Assembly: GCA_022848805.1 (NCBI GenBank)
Contig: JAJISI010000001.1
Coordinates: forward strand, 1-54,445
Origin: Thermoplasmatota archaeon
GTDB lineage: Archaea; Thermoplasmatota; Thermoplasmata; UBA10834
DNA length: 54,445 bases
Direction: 5' to 3'
The first letter of the stretch is position 1. Each line of letters starts with the position of its first letter. The position numbers and the translations under genes are program-made. The notes beneath the pieces were generated by a model. It saw only the letters and a program-made list of their open reading frames with translations. It was not told the DNA's origin and did no database searches. Positions 34,088 through 42,172 of this stretch are shown here, piece after piece.

Positions 34088-34264
34088 TCAGTTGTGGAGG
34101 TTGAATCTGCCGTCCTTGTTGACGAAGGTGGAGAACTCATCTTCGTCGTCCTCCATATCTTCCTCGATGACGACGTTGACCAGTATGTTGACGACTTCTC
34201 TCAGCTGTCTTACATCCTCTCGAAGCCTGTCAATTTCTTCCATGACACCCTTGTCATCTGTCAA
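34088..34264 (-). CDS. small acidic helical protein (58 aa), hypothetical
   Basis: Not in the ORF track (below 60 aa). TTG 34264 lies 6 nt after GGAAGGGGGG. It encodes MTDDKGVMEEIDRLREDVRQLREVVNILVNVVIEEDMEDDEDEFSTFVNKDGRFNLHN and fills the csl4-glyA gap on the same strand. Confidence 0.4.
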   Translation of the reverse strand: MTDDKGVMEEIDRLREDVRQLREVVNILVNVVIEEDMEDDEDEFSTFVNKDGRFNLHN

Positions 34265-34320
34265 AGCGTTCCCCCCTTCCAGAGCGACTCATCGCATTGC
34301 ACGAGTATAGCTTTTCCGTC

Positions 34321-34896
34321 TCAGATTTCGAAGTCTCGATAGTCATCAGTTATCTTTCTTGTCTCAGTGCGCTCGCACCGTTCGCAGTAGAGCTTCTCGC
34401 CCTTAATGTCCATAGGCTCTCGACATGACGGACACAGTGCTCTGAGAACGCCGAGATGAGGTCCCGAAGTCGTGAGCTGGACAGATGGAAGCGCTTGGAT
34501 GACGCTTCCACGGATCAGATCTCCTGGACGGACTAGGTCTCTTGCGTCCTCCACATACGAGCTGGCTATCTTTGAGACGTGGATCGCAGCCAGGTTTTCG
34601 CTCGAGACCGCCCTTCGCTTCTTCTCCTGGGATACGATCATGCAAATCACCATTGCAGGCTTGACATCCGTGACATTCGCGATGACCGTGTCACCTTCCA
34701 AGAGGACTATTGGCGGGTTGTCTGGCACGACTTTGACGACCTTCTCGCTTTCGTCCACTTCCAGTAGCCCCCTCGCGCTGGAATACACTCTGCCGTTCTT
34801 GTCCTCGTATGTGCCCTCTCCGGCCATGTATTCCTCGGCCTGGGCGACCTCGTCACCTGGTATAACCCGCTTCTCGGTTTTCGACAGCTGAATCAC
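34321..34896 (-). CDS. csl4: exosome RNA-binding subunit Csl4
   Basis: GTG start abutting the upstream stop. S1 domain plus C-terminal zinc ribbon CPSC...CERC. 191 aa. Confidence 0.8.
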   Translation of the reverse strand: MIQLSKTEKRVIPGDEVAQAEEYMAGEGTYEDKNGRVYSSARGLLEVDESEKVVKVVPDNPPIVLLEGDTVIANVTDVKPAMVICMIVSQEKKRRAVSSENLAAIHVSKIASSYVEDARDLVRPGDLIRGSVIQALPSVQLTTSGPHLGVLRALCPSCREPMDIKGEKLYCERCERTETRKITDDYRDFEI

Positions 34897-35562
34897 CTAT
34901 CTCTGGAACTTGAGCAGAACGACCGAAACGGTTTCTCTGGTCTTTCTGTGAAATTCGAACGCATATGGTATCTCGAATTTATACCTTTTGACCGTGGCAC
35001 AGGTCGCTCCGAGGGATTCGATCATGTGGGAAACGAAATCCATGCTGATCTCGTTGTGAAGGGAATAGACGGTCGGCGAGATGGAGATTGACTTCTCGAT
35101 GAAGGCGCGGTCCGCGTGCTTTGTCTGTGCCCCGAACGGCGGGTTTTGGATCGTCGTGTGGAAGGATCCTTGGAAGTCGGAGACATCTGAGACGATGAAT
35201 TCTATCTCGAGAGACAGGTCGCTGGCGTTTTCTGAGGCTACCTCGACAGCATCCTTATCCACATCCAGTCCTACGACCCTGTCGGCCCCAAGTAGCTTAG
35301 CTCCAATCGAGAATACGCCGTTCCCGCAACCGAGGTCCGCAACATCCCTGCCCTGAATGTCGCCCGAGCCGTATGCCTCCCACAGAACATCTGCAGCGAT
35401 ATACGCAGGAGTGGGATACTGCTCTAACTGCGCTGACCGGCTATCGAGAGGCCTCAACCGCTGCAAAGTCGTTTCCAACCGCCTCTTCTTCAGCCTGATT
35501 CCACCTGAAGGTCGATTCGACTGCGCTGGCCGATCTAATCCGCCTCGTCGATCATCTTCCAT
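34897..35562 (-). CDS. SAM-dependent RNA methyltransferase (COG2263/METTL5-like)
   Basis: LEQYPTPA...DLGCGNGVF...IQNPPFG motifs. This is the classical neighbour of csl4 in archaeal exosome-related operons. The start could be downstream of ATG 35562. Confidence 0.75.
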   Translation of the reverse strand: MEDDRRGGLDRPAQSNRPSGGIRLKKRRLETTLQRLRPLDSRSAQLEQYPTPAYIAADVLWEAYGSGDIQGRDVADLGCGNGVFSIGAKLLGADRVVGLDVDKDAVEVASENASDLSLEIEFIVSDVSDFQGSFHTTIQNPPFGAQTKHADRAFIEKSISISPTVYSLHNEISMDFVSHMIESLGATCATVKRYKFEIPYAFEFHRKTRETVSVVLLKFQR

Positions 35563-36434
35563 CGTCTCAGTTTATTGACCTCTGAGACATCCCTTCCGTG
35601 GATGTCTCTCTCGACATCCGAAAGGTACTCAATCGCCATCAACAGAGATTCTTTCGACGGTTTGTGGATGTTCACCGTTGCTTTCGTGAATTCCCTCTCC
35701 ACGAAGTCCATCGCCTTTGCGGTGTCTCCGTACTGCTCGCAGAAATCGTTCACGACCTCGTCCACAGCTTGAGCTAATGATCCGCATTCTCCCTCTGGGA
35801 TCGCCTGCCTCCTAGAGAACTCCCCGGAGATCATGATCTCTCCGATACGATGGAATGCGGACTCTACCTTCTCTCCAGTCTTTGCACTGCAGAGTATCAC
35901 AGGCATCTCCGTCTTTCTCCCGATCTCATCTAGGTCCTTCATCGCGTCGCATCCGGGTTCTACGATGTCCGCCTTATTGCCTATGAACAGAACGGGCACG
36001 TCGCCTAGGACATCCCATACTTCCTGAAGCCAGAACTCCTCAGCTGATCTAACCGTTTCCGGTCTGGTCAGATCGGAAGCGATTACGACTCCGTGCGAAC
36101 TCTGGATACTCTGGGTCCTGATCTTCTTGTAGTCCTTCTGTCCGAGAATGTCCCAGAGCATCAACGTGAGGTATATGGTCTTGTCAGGGAGTTTGTACTC
36201 AATGTCCTTCTTGCTTACCTTCGTACCGATTGTCGCAATGTATCTGTCATCGAACACGTCGACCGTGAATCTCCTTATGAGTGAGGTTTTGCCTACGCCG
36301 GAATCTCCGATGAGTCCGACTTTCTTGATGTACCGCTTGGATTGGATTATGCTCACATAGACCACCACGGTGAGGACTTCTTGCACTGACACGAGCCTGT
36401 CAGCTTCATATGGGTGTCGCCGTAGGCCTCTCAT
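35535..36434 (-). CDS. Ras-superfamily small GTPase (Rab/Ras-like) with a ~115-aa helical C-terminal extension
   Basis: G1 GDSGVGKTS, switch I YIATIGTK, G3 WDILGQ, G4 GNKADI, G5 CSAKTG. The track ORF start at 36518 overlaps the divergent gene. ATG 36434 or one of several in-frame GTGs down to 36356 is more likely. Confidence 0.75.
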   Translation of the reverse strand: MRGLRRHPYEADRLVSVQEVLTVVVYVSIIQSKRYIKKVGLIGDSGVGKTSLIRRFTVDVFDDRYIATIGTKVSKKDIEYKLPDKTIYLTLMLWDILGQKDYKKIRTQSIQSSHGVVIASDLTRPETVRSAEEFWLQEVWDVLGDVPVLFIGNKADIVEPGCDAMKDLDEIGRKTEMPVILCSAKTGEKVESAFHRIGEIMISGEFSRRQAIPEGECGSLAQAVDEVVNDFCEQYGDTAKAMDFVEREFTKATVNIHKPSKESLLMAIEYLSDVERDIHGRDVSEVNKLRRWKMIDEAD

Positions 36435-36490
36435 CGTCAAGACGCTACATAACTGTTTCCTGAACCGCGTTCCATGCGAAAGCTCAATAT

Positions 36491-36499
36491 CGTATATTC
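36491..36499 (+). promoter_or_regulatory. TATA-like box for the coiled-coil gene (leaderless geometry); lies in the divergent region shared with the GTPase gene
   Basis: CGTATATTC, centred about 23 nt upstream of ATG 36518. Confidence 0.35.
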
Positions 36500-36517
36500 T
36501 CAATACCGTGTTCGTCA

Positions 36518-37597
36518 ATGGTCCCCCCGGAGCAGAGACGACTTCCTACTCGGAAGTCTCTCAAGAACTACGCAACCGCGTACATCGGCGCATTTCTGAA
36601 CGCTGTCGAGAAGGAGAAGCCAGAGCATGTGCCCCCTCTCGCCAGAAACAGTCCTTATGAGATTGAGGTCTGCCTACTTCCGAACAGGTGTTTCGTCATG
36701 TTGTTCGAGCGTGCGGATGGCCAGAAGACGGTCGTCAAGGATGCCGATTGGACGTACGTGGAGAAGAGAGTGATGTCCGACGTCGATCACATGGTCATCG
36801 TGTACTCCCATGAGAACCCGACAGTCGCCGACGCCATCGCAAGGGGGAAGAAGGACGCCGTAAGAAGCATTCGCTCGCTCGAGGATTCCAACCTCGCGAA
36901 GGCGGTCACGGAGCTTGAAAGCATCCTGGGAGAACTGACTGGCATCGAGAAAGGCAATAAAAGCCTTCTCAAGCTGGCCGAGCTGGAGATGTCCCGACTG
37001 CAGCCGATAAAGGAAGTTGTCATGAACTCGGGTCCAGCGGTCGACATGCTGGCCATGATCGACTCACTGAGGAACTGCCCGACAGAACCCGTGGAAGTAT
37101 CCATCGATGTCAGTCAGAAGGAACTCCTGGAGACTGTCTGTAGAGATCTGGGAGATCTCTCGGATGTCATAAGACGCGTCGAGGCTCAGGACTCGGTTCT
37201 AGAGACGCTCGAGAAATCTATGAACAAGACGCTGAGCGAGTTCCAGAGGATGATAGACGAGAGGATGAATCAGGGTCTCGCTGTGTTGCTCTCATCCTCT
37301 GACAGGAAGATCGACAAGGGACTTGCTATCATTCAGGGCCAAGCAGAGGATGATTCGGACGTTCCGACAGTCGATGCCAGTGCTCTGGAGAAACGGATGA
37401 AACTGTTGGAGGTCAGCTTTCAGGGTACACAATCCAAACGTGGGAATGTGTCAAAGGAGCTGGTCCTCGCTGTCGCTGAGACCCGAGATGCCCTTGAACG
37501 GCTGAATGCGAGAATCTCCAAGTTGGAACAGAAGACCGGCCACGCTCAAGCGCCGTCAGTGCGCAGGCTGGCGAGCAAGAAACGAGCCAAGGATTGA
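36518..37597 (+). CDS. hypothetical protein: ~110-aa globular N-domain, long acidic coiled-coil region, basic C-tail
   Basis: 359-aa ORF. Heptad-like charged helices (LAELEMSRLQPIKE..., LETLEKSMNKTLSEFQRMIDERM..., ALERLNARISKLEQK) and a C-terminal RRLASKKRAKD. No recognisable catalytic motif. Confidence 0.6.
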   Translation: MVPPEQRRLPTRKSLKNYATAYIGAFLNAVEKEKPEHVPPLARNSPYEIEVCLLPNRCFVMLFERADGQKTVVKDADWTYVEKRVMSDVDHMVIVYSHENPTVADAIARGKKDAVRSIRSLEDSNLAKAVTELESILGELTGIEKGNKSLLKLAELEMSRLQPIKEVVMNSGPAVDMLAMIDSLRNCPTEPVEVSIDVSQKELLETVCRDLGDLSDVIRRVEAQDSVLETLEKSMNKTLSEFQRMIDERMNQGLAVLLSSSDRKIDKGLAIIQGQAEDDSDVPTVDASALEKRMKLLEVSFQGTQSKRGNVSKELVLAVAETRDALERLNARISKLEQKTGHAQAPSVRRLASKKRAKD

Positions 37598-37682
37598 GTA
37601 GGTCAGGCCGAACTCGCTCCCATCAATGTCTGCCCGACGGTGTGGAGCCAATCTTGTGGCTGTCCACGTTCCCGTCGCAGGG

Positions 37683-38249
37683 TCACAGAATCCCGGACTG
37701 ACGAATTGCATGGACGACTCCGTCTACGGCCCGTTCGATGTCCCCTTCGTTCTTCGCCCCAGTGATTACCATCTTTCCGGAGCCGAACAAGAGACAGACT
37801 ACCTTGGGGTCTCTCACCCTATAGACGAGGCCAGGGAACTGTTCCGGTTCGTACTCGATATTCTCAAGGCCCAGAGCTATTGTTAGATTCGTTAGATTTA
37901 GAGCGTGACCGATATCGTATATTGCGACCATATTCTGCACAGCGAACTCGGGGTCTGGGTTGGCGGATATGCCCGACTCAATCAGGAGCCCGGCGACTTT
38001 CTGTATGGCTCGCCGAACTTCTTCCAGGCTCTTCCCACCGGTGCAATTTGCCTTCCCGCTTTTGAAAAGTAGGATCGCAGTCTTCGGATCTTTGATTCGG
38101 TAAATGAGGCCAGGGAAGCTCGTAGGCTCGTATTCTGCCCCGACGAGTTTCTCTGCGACTGCATACAAATCAAGTTCTTTCGCAAATTGCGTCGAAGCTA
38201 CAATGTTCTCTACCCGAGGCTTGGTTTCGGTTTCACTCATTGAATCCAA
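37683..38249 (-). CDS. tbp: TATA-box binding protein
   Basis: Two TBP repeats (ENIVAST...FPGLIYR and QNMVAIY...FPGLVYR). 188 aa. Confidence 0.9.
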   Translation of the reverse strand: MDSMSETETKPRVENIVASTQFAKELDLYAVAEKLVGAEYEPTSFPGLIYRIKDPKTAILLFKSGKANCTGGKSLEEVRRAIQKVAGLLIESGISANPDPEFAVQNMVAIYDIGHALNLTNLTIALGLENIEYEPEQFPGLVYRVRDPKVVCLLFGSGKMVITGAKNEGDIERAVDGVVHAIRQSGIL

Positions 38250-38386
38250 GTAGTTCCATATCTGTGGTGCAACGAAATAGTTTTGTGATAAGCCTTATCG
38301 TTAGAAGCCAAACACGGTTTCGTTTGTGCTCTGCATATGCGCGAAGAATGCCGTGTGTTTCCCAGCAAGGACCGAACCTGTCAAAA

Positions 38387-38986
38387 TCATCTCTTCTCTT
38401 TCCAGTCGGTTCTTAACTCTTTCCAATCGCTTCTCAGCATCGAGAAGAGGACGTCGTCGGCGAAGTTCCCGAACTCGTCAAAGTAACGTTGCCTGAGTAA
38501 ACCCTCTCTCTTGAAACCGAGGTTCTTGACCATCTTGATTGAACGCTTGTTCCGAGGCATGATGAAGATCTCTATCCTGTTCAGCTCCATCTTCTTGAAA
38601 CCGAAATCAACAACAGCCTTCATCGCCTCGGTCATTATACCCTTGCCCCAGTGCTCTTTTGTCAGGTCGTAGCCCATCTCGGCCTGATAGCCCGCGGAAG
38701 GGGCCCACTTGTAGAAGCCCAACGAACCGATAGGCTGCCCTTCCCCCTTGAGCGTTATGATCCATCGGAATCCCAGCCTCTTCCGGTACAAGTCGATCAT
38801 GTACTCCCTGAGCTCTTCCTGGGCGGCCCCGATGTCCTTCGGGCCCGGTTCTCCTCCTCCCCAGACAACCTCGGGCCTCGAGAAGTGCTCAAAATACCAT
38901 TCGGCATCCTTCATCGACGGCTGCCGGAGGAGCAAGCGCTTCGTCCTGAGCTCGGGGAACTTCCTGAAAGCTGTCTTCCTGTTCAT
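38387..38986 (-). CDS. GNAT-family N-acetyltransferase (RimJ/RimL-like)
   Basis: LRTKRLLLRQPS...HWGKGIMTEA...IMPRNKRSIKMVKNLGFKREG. 199 aa. Confidence 0.75.
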   Translation of the reverse strand: MNRKTAFRKFPELRTKRLLLRQPSMKDAEWYFEHFSRPEVVWGGGEPGPKDIGAAQEELREYMIDLYRKRLGFRWIITLKGEGQPIGSLGFYKWAPSAGYQAEMGYDLTKEHWGKGIMTEAMKAVVDFGFKKMELNRIEIFIMPRNKRSIKMVKNLGFKREGLLRQRYFDEFGNFADDVLFSMLRSDWKELRTDWKEKR

Positions 38987-39136
38987 TGGGGATCTCTCGC
39001 AGACGAGCCGTTACGTCGCTGTCGTTCAGTTGCATAAACCATCATAATCTTTGCGGCACCCCTGGCTTGGCAGGCATGGAAACTCCTCCAAAACGGAATC
39101 CAGAAAGCGCAAAATCAGAAATCGGCCAGTAAGATG

Positions 39137-39160
39137 AGAGTGGGCCCAACCGGGCCTGAA
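39137..39160 (-). repeat. partial copy of the tRNA-Val 3' end (candidate att-type direct repeat)
   Basis: 39137-39152 is identical (16/16) to 40953-40968, which is the tRNA acceptor and T-stem 3' strands plus 3 nt of flank. Identity is 20/24 over 39137-39160 versus 40953-40976, in the same orientation. Confidence 0.5.
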
Positions 39161-39506
39161 CAAGCACATAGCCAGATAGTGTTGCTCGGATTCCAATCCA
39201 GTAACGAAGCTGAGAAGCTAGCCCAAGAAACCCTTTCGTCTTTTTCCGTCTTTTCCTCGTGGAACGCGAGGATCAGGACGTGCGACACGTTAATGAGATC
39301 GACAACATCATTTTCAATTGGTGGCATAGTTACGAGCTAGACGTATCGTCCTTCCCATGCCTGGTTTCGTAAGCGGGAGAGGCGCGTCATTTACGAGCTG
39401 TCCGATTCACTGAGGAGGCGGCGGTCCAGGCTTCCTTCGCACACTCAATTACACATGACGGCGGCAATGGCAACTCTTTTTGAGACGGGAACGTATATGA
39501 GTCGCT

Positions 39507-40661
39507 ATGCGCCGGACAAGCAGGCTCGAGGAACACGCATTGGCCGAGATTCCGTCACCATGCTACGTCATCGACGAACAGGCAATCGAGGAGAACTGCC
39601 AGGTACTTGGCAGGGTCCAGGATCTGACGGGGTGCAAGATACTCATGGCGTTGAAGGGCTTCACAGTGCCCGACCTGTTCCCCCTGATCAGTAGCTATCT
39701 GCACGGCACCTGCGCGAGCGGGCTGTACGAAGCGCGTCTCGGAAAGGAGAAGTTCGGGAAGGAAGTCCACGCGTTCGCTCCCGCATATGACGACCATGAG
39801 TTTGAGGATCTGCTTCAGATATCCGACCACATCGTGTTCAACTCCCTTGCTCAGTGGGAGCGGCTTCGCCCCCTCGTGGAGAAGAATCCAAGGAAGGTAA
39901 GCTGCGGTATCAGAATCAACCCTGAGTACTCTGAGATATCGACCGACCTGTGGGATCCATGCGCAAGATACTCTCGCTTCGGAGTCAAGGCCGATGACCT
40001 CAGAACCGTCCCCGAAGGAATAGAAGGGCTCCACTTTCACGCCTTGTGTCAGCAGAACTCCGACTCATTGGAGAAGCTGATTGCGGTGATCGAGAATAAG
40101 TTCGGACATCATCTGTCGCAGGTCGAGTGGGTCAACTTCGGCGGTGGACAGCTCGTCACCGCGCCGGACTACGACATCGATCGATTGTGCCGAATCATCG
40201 CCGATTTCAGGGCTGAGTATGGTGTGGAAGTCTACATGGAGCCGGGAGAAGCTGTCGCGTTCAATGCAGGCGTTCTGCTCGCAACGGTGCTCGATATCGT
40301 TCACAACGAGATGGACATCGCCATCCTGGACATATCCGCCTGGGCACACGTGCAAGATGTGCTGACGTCGTCATACAAGCTGGATGTCATCGGGGGAGAC
40401 GAGCCCGGCAGATTGGGTCACACGTATCGCCTGGCAAGTCGAAGCTGTTTGTCTGGAGACATTCTCGGGGATTTCTCGTTCGGACAACCACTTCACAGAG
40501 GGTCAAGGATCATGTTCTCCGATTTGGCTTCATACTCTGTCGTGAGCAACAATATGTTCAATGGTATACCTCTCCCGGCCATCGCGATACTCACGAAATC
40601 CAACGACGTCAGGATCATTCGCCGATCGCGGTATGAGGATTACGTGTCACGGCTGCTGTGA
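39507..40661 (+). CDS. nspC: carboxynorspermidine/carboxyspermidine decarboxylase
   Basis: 384 aa. The N-terminal IPSPCYVIDEQAIEENC and overall layout match NspC-type PLP decarboxylases as I recall them. Confidence 0.7.
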   Translation: MRRTSRLEEHALAEIPSPCYVIDEQAIEENCQVLGRVQDLTGCKILMALKGFTVPDLFPLISSYLHGTCASGLYEARLGKEKFGKEVHAFAPAYDDHEFEDLLQISDHIVFNSLAQWERLRPLVEKNPRKVSCGIRINPEYSEISTDLWDPCARYSRFGVKADDLRTVPEGIEGLHFHALCQQNSDSLEKLIAVIENKFGHHLSQVEWVNFGGGQLVTAPDYDIDRLCRIIADFRAEYGVEVYMEPGEAVAFNAGVLLATVLDIVHNEMDIAILDISAWAHVQDVLTSSYKLDVIGGDEPGRLGHTYRLASRSCLSGDILGDFSFGQPLHRGSRIMFSDLASYSVVSNNMFNGIPLPAIAILTKSNDVRIIRRSRYEDYVSRLL

Positions 40662-40930
40662 CTCGACCCAACCATCTCGTCCCAAACACTCCAGTGGGAC
40701 GACATCGAGAGTCGACTGAGAGGGATCCCCCCGGTCAAGGAGAGTCGAATCTGTCACTACAGTCTGATACATGGCTCTCCCAATGATTTCAAAAGAGATG
40801 GCCTCGATGCACACCGTCTGAGGAATGAGGTCAATGCTCATGTAGCCCATCGAGAGAAAATGCCACAGGGGTTATCAGAGAGAATGAAAGGGGTTTGGGA
40901 CATTATCCCTGGATTTCAGTTCCTGCTGAT

Positions 40931-40940
40931 TAAAAAATAG
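40931..40940 (-). terminator. oligo-T terminator after tRNA-Val
   Basis: The minus strand reads CTATTTTTTA, starting about 18 nt downstream of the tRNA 3' end. Confidence 0.5.
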
Positions 40941-40955
40941 TCGGTGAGGCTGGAG

Positions 40956-41028
40956 TGGGCCCAACCGGATTCGAACCGGTGATTTGCGCTGTGTGAGAGC
41001 GCCGTCATAACCGCTAGACCATGGGCCC
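40956..41028 (-). tRNA. tRNA-Val (anticodon CAC)
   Basis: 73-nt cloverleaf folded by hand. Acceptor GGGCCCA/TGGGCCC, anticodon stem GCGCT/AGCGC with loop CTCACAC, T arm ACCGG-TTCGAAT-CCGGT, discriminator A. No encoded CCA and no intron. Confidence 0.9.
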
Positions 41029-41054
41029 TTGACGGCGATGAATGCAGCAATTGG

Positions 41055-41064
41055 CTTAATATCC
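41055..41064 (-). promoter_or_regulatory. TATA box (with purine-rich BRE-like AAAAGG upstream) of tRNA-Val
   Basis: The minus strand reads AAAAGGATATTAAG. The TATA ends 26 nt upstream of tRNA position 1. Confidence 0.55.
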
Positions 41065-41121
41065 TTTTGCAGAGCGGGCAGGACGAGCCCACCCTTTTAT
41101 CCCGAATAGGCCATTCACGAC

Positions 41122-42126
41122 GTGAGACGCATGCTTGTGAAGACACCCGATGGCGCTCAGGACATCAGAGCCGTCTGGATGGAGAACGAAGTCGTCAAGG
41201 CTATTGATCAGCGCGCGCTCCCACATCGCTTCGAGATTGTCGAAATCGACAACTCGGAATCTCTTGCCGAGGCAATATCCGACATGACGATCAGGGGCGC
41301 TCCATCCATCGGAGCAGCTGCAGCCTATGGAATGGCTCTTGCAGCCATAAGAGGCGAGGATATGGAGGAAGCGGCTGACAGGATGAGGGCCACTCGCCCG
41401 ACTGCCCATGACCTCTTCTACGCCGTGAACCTCATGCTTTCTGAGAGGGAGCGCCTTCCAGGAGCCGCGGACGAGTATTCCGATTCGATAGTGGCCAGAT
41501 GCAAATCGATCGGAGAGCACGGTCTGGACTTGATTCGTGACGGGAGTAAGATATTGACACATTGTAACGCGGGTGCCCTTGCAACGGTCGATTTCGGAAC
41601 GGCTCTGGCACCGATGAGACTGGCTCGTCGGGCGGGGAGGGAGTTCTTCGTGTACGTGGACGAGACCCGTCCACGACTACAGGGGGCCAAGCTAACTGCC
41701 TGGGAGTTGTTGAACGAGGGGATCGACCATGCCATTATCTCAGACAATGCCTCTGGCCATTATATTCGGGACGATGTCGATGCCGTGATCGTCGGGGCTG
41801 ACAGAATAGCCGGTAATGGCGATTTCGCAAACAAGATCGGGACCTACGAGAAGGCGGTCCTGGCCAGAGAGAACGGCGTCCCCTTCTATGTAGCAGCTCC
41901 TATCAGCACGTTCGATTCGTCAATCCTCAACGGGGACGAGATAGTTATCGAGCAGCGGTCGCCTAACGAAGTGCTGATTCTAGATGGAGTCAGGGTCGCG
42001 CCTGAGGGTTCCGATGCCTTGAATCCCGCCTTCGACATGACTCCAAGTAGGTATGTCTCCGGGTTCATAACTGAGGCCGGGCTTCTGAAGCCAGACGAGC
42101 TTTCGAAACTGTTTGATACGCAGTAG
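41122..42126 (+). CDS. mtnA: methylthioribose-1-phosphate isomerase / aIF-2B-I family
   Basis: AIDQRALPHRFEIVEI...MTIRGAPSIGAAAAYG...GADRIAGNGDFANKIGTY...PFYVAAP. 334 aa. Confidence 0.8.
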   Translation: MRRMLVKTPDGAQDIRAVWMENEVVKAIDQRALPHRFEIVEIDNSESLAEAISDMTIRGAPSIGAAAAYGMALAAIRGEDMEEAADRMRATRPTAHDLFYAVNLMLSERERLPGAADEYSDSIVARCKSIGEHGLDLIRDGSKILTHCNAGALATVDFGTALAPMRLARRAGREFFVYVDETRPRLQGAKLTAWELLNEGIDHAIISDNASGHYIRDDVDAVIVGADRIAGNGDFANKIGTYEKAVLARENGVPFYVAAPISTFDSSILNGDEIVIEQRSPNEVLILDGVRVAPEGSDALNPAFDMTPSRYVSGFITEAGLLKPDELSKLFDTQ

Positions 42127-42172
42127 AGCTGGCCCGGCAGGCTTTTTATGCAAGTGTCAGATATAGGCCGAG

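Noticed and set aside
39255-39325. C/D-box sRNA-like elements (minus strand AATGATGT ... CTGA) in the unassigned region upstream of nspC
   Set aside because: There is only one C-like and one D-like box, 29 nt apart. There is no C'/D' pair and no terminal stem, so this does not fit archaeal C/D sRNA architecture.
39115-39340. Overlapping 70-aa (minus) and 68-aa (plus) track ORFs in the 520-bp gap between the GNAT gene and nspC
   Set aside because: Neither has a motif, an SD or TATA box at a sensible distance, or a plausible fold signature. They overlap each other and the tRNA-fragment repeat. I treat the region as non-coding or decayed sequence.
40647-41146. Track ORFs 40647-40850 (minus), 40916-41146 (minus) and 41056-41562 (minus)
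   Set aside because: The first overlaps the nspC end and has no features. The second is read through the tRNA-Val gene and its promoter. The third is antisense to mtnA.
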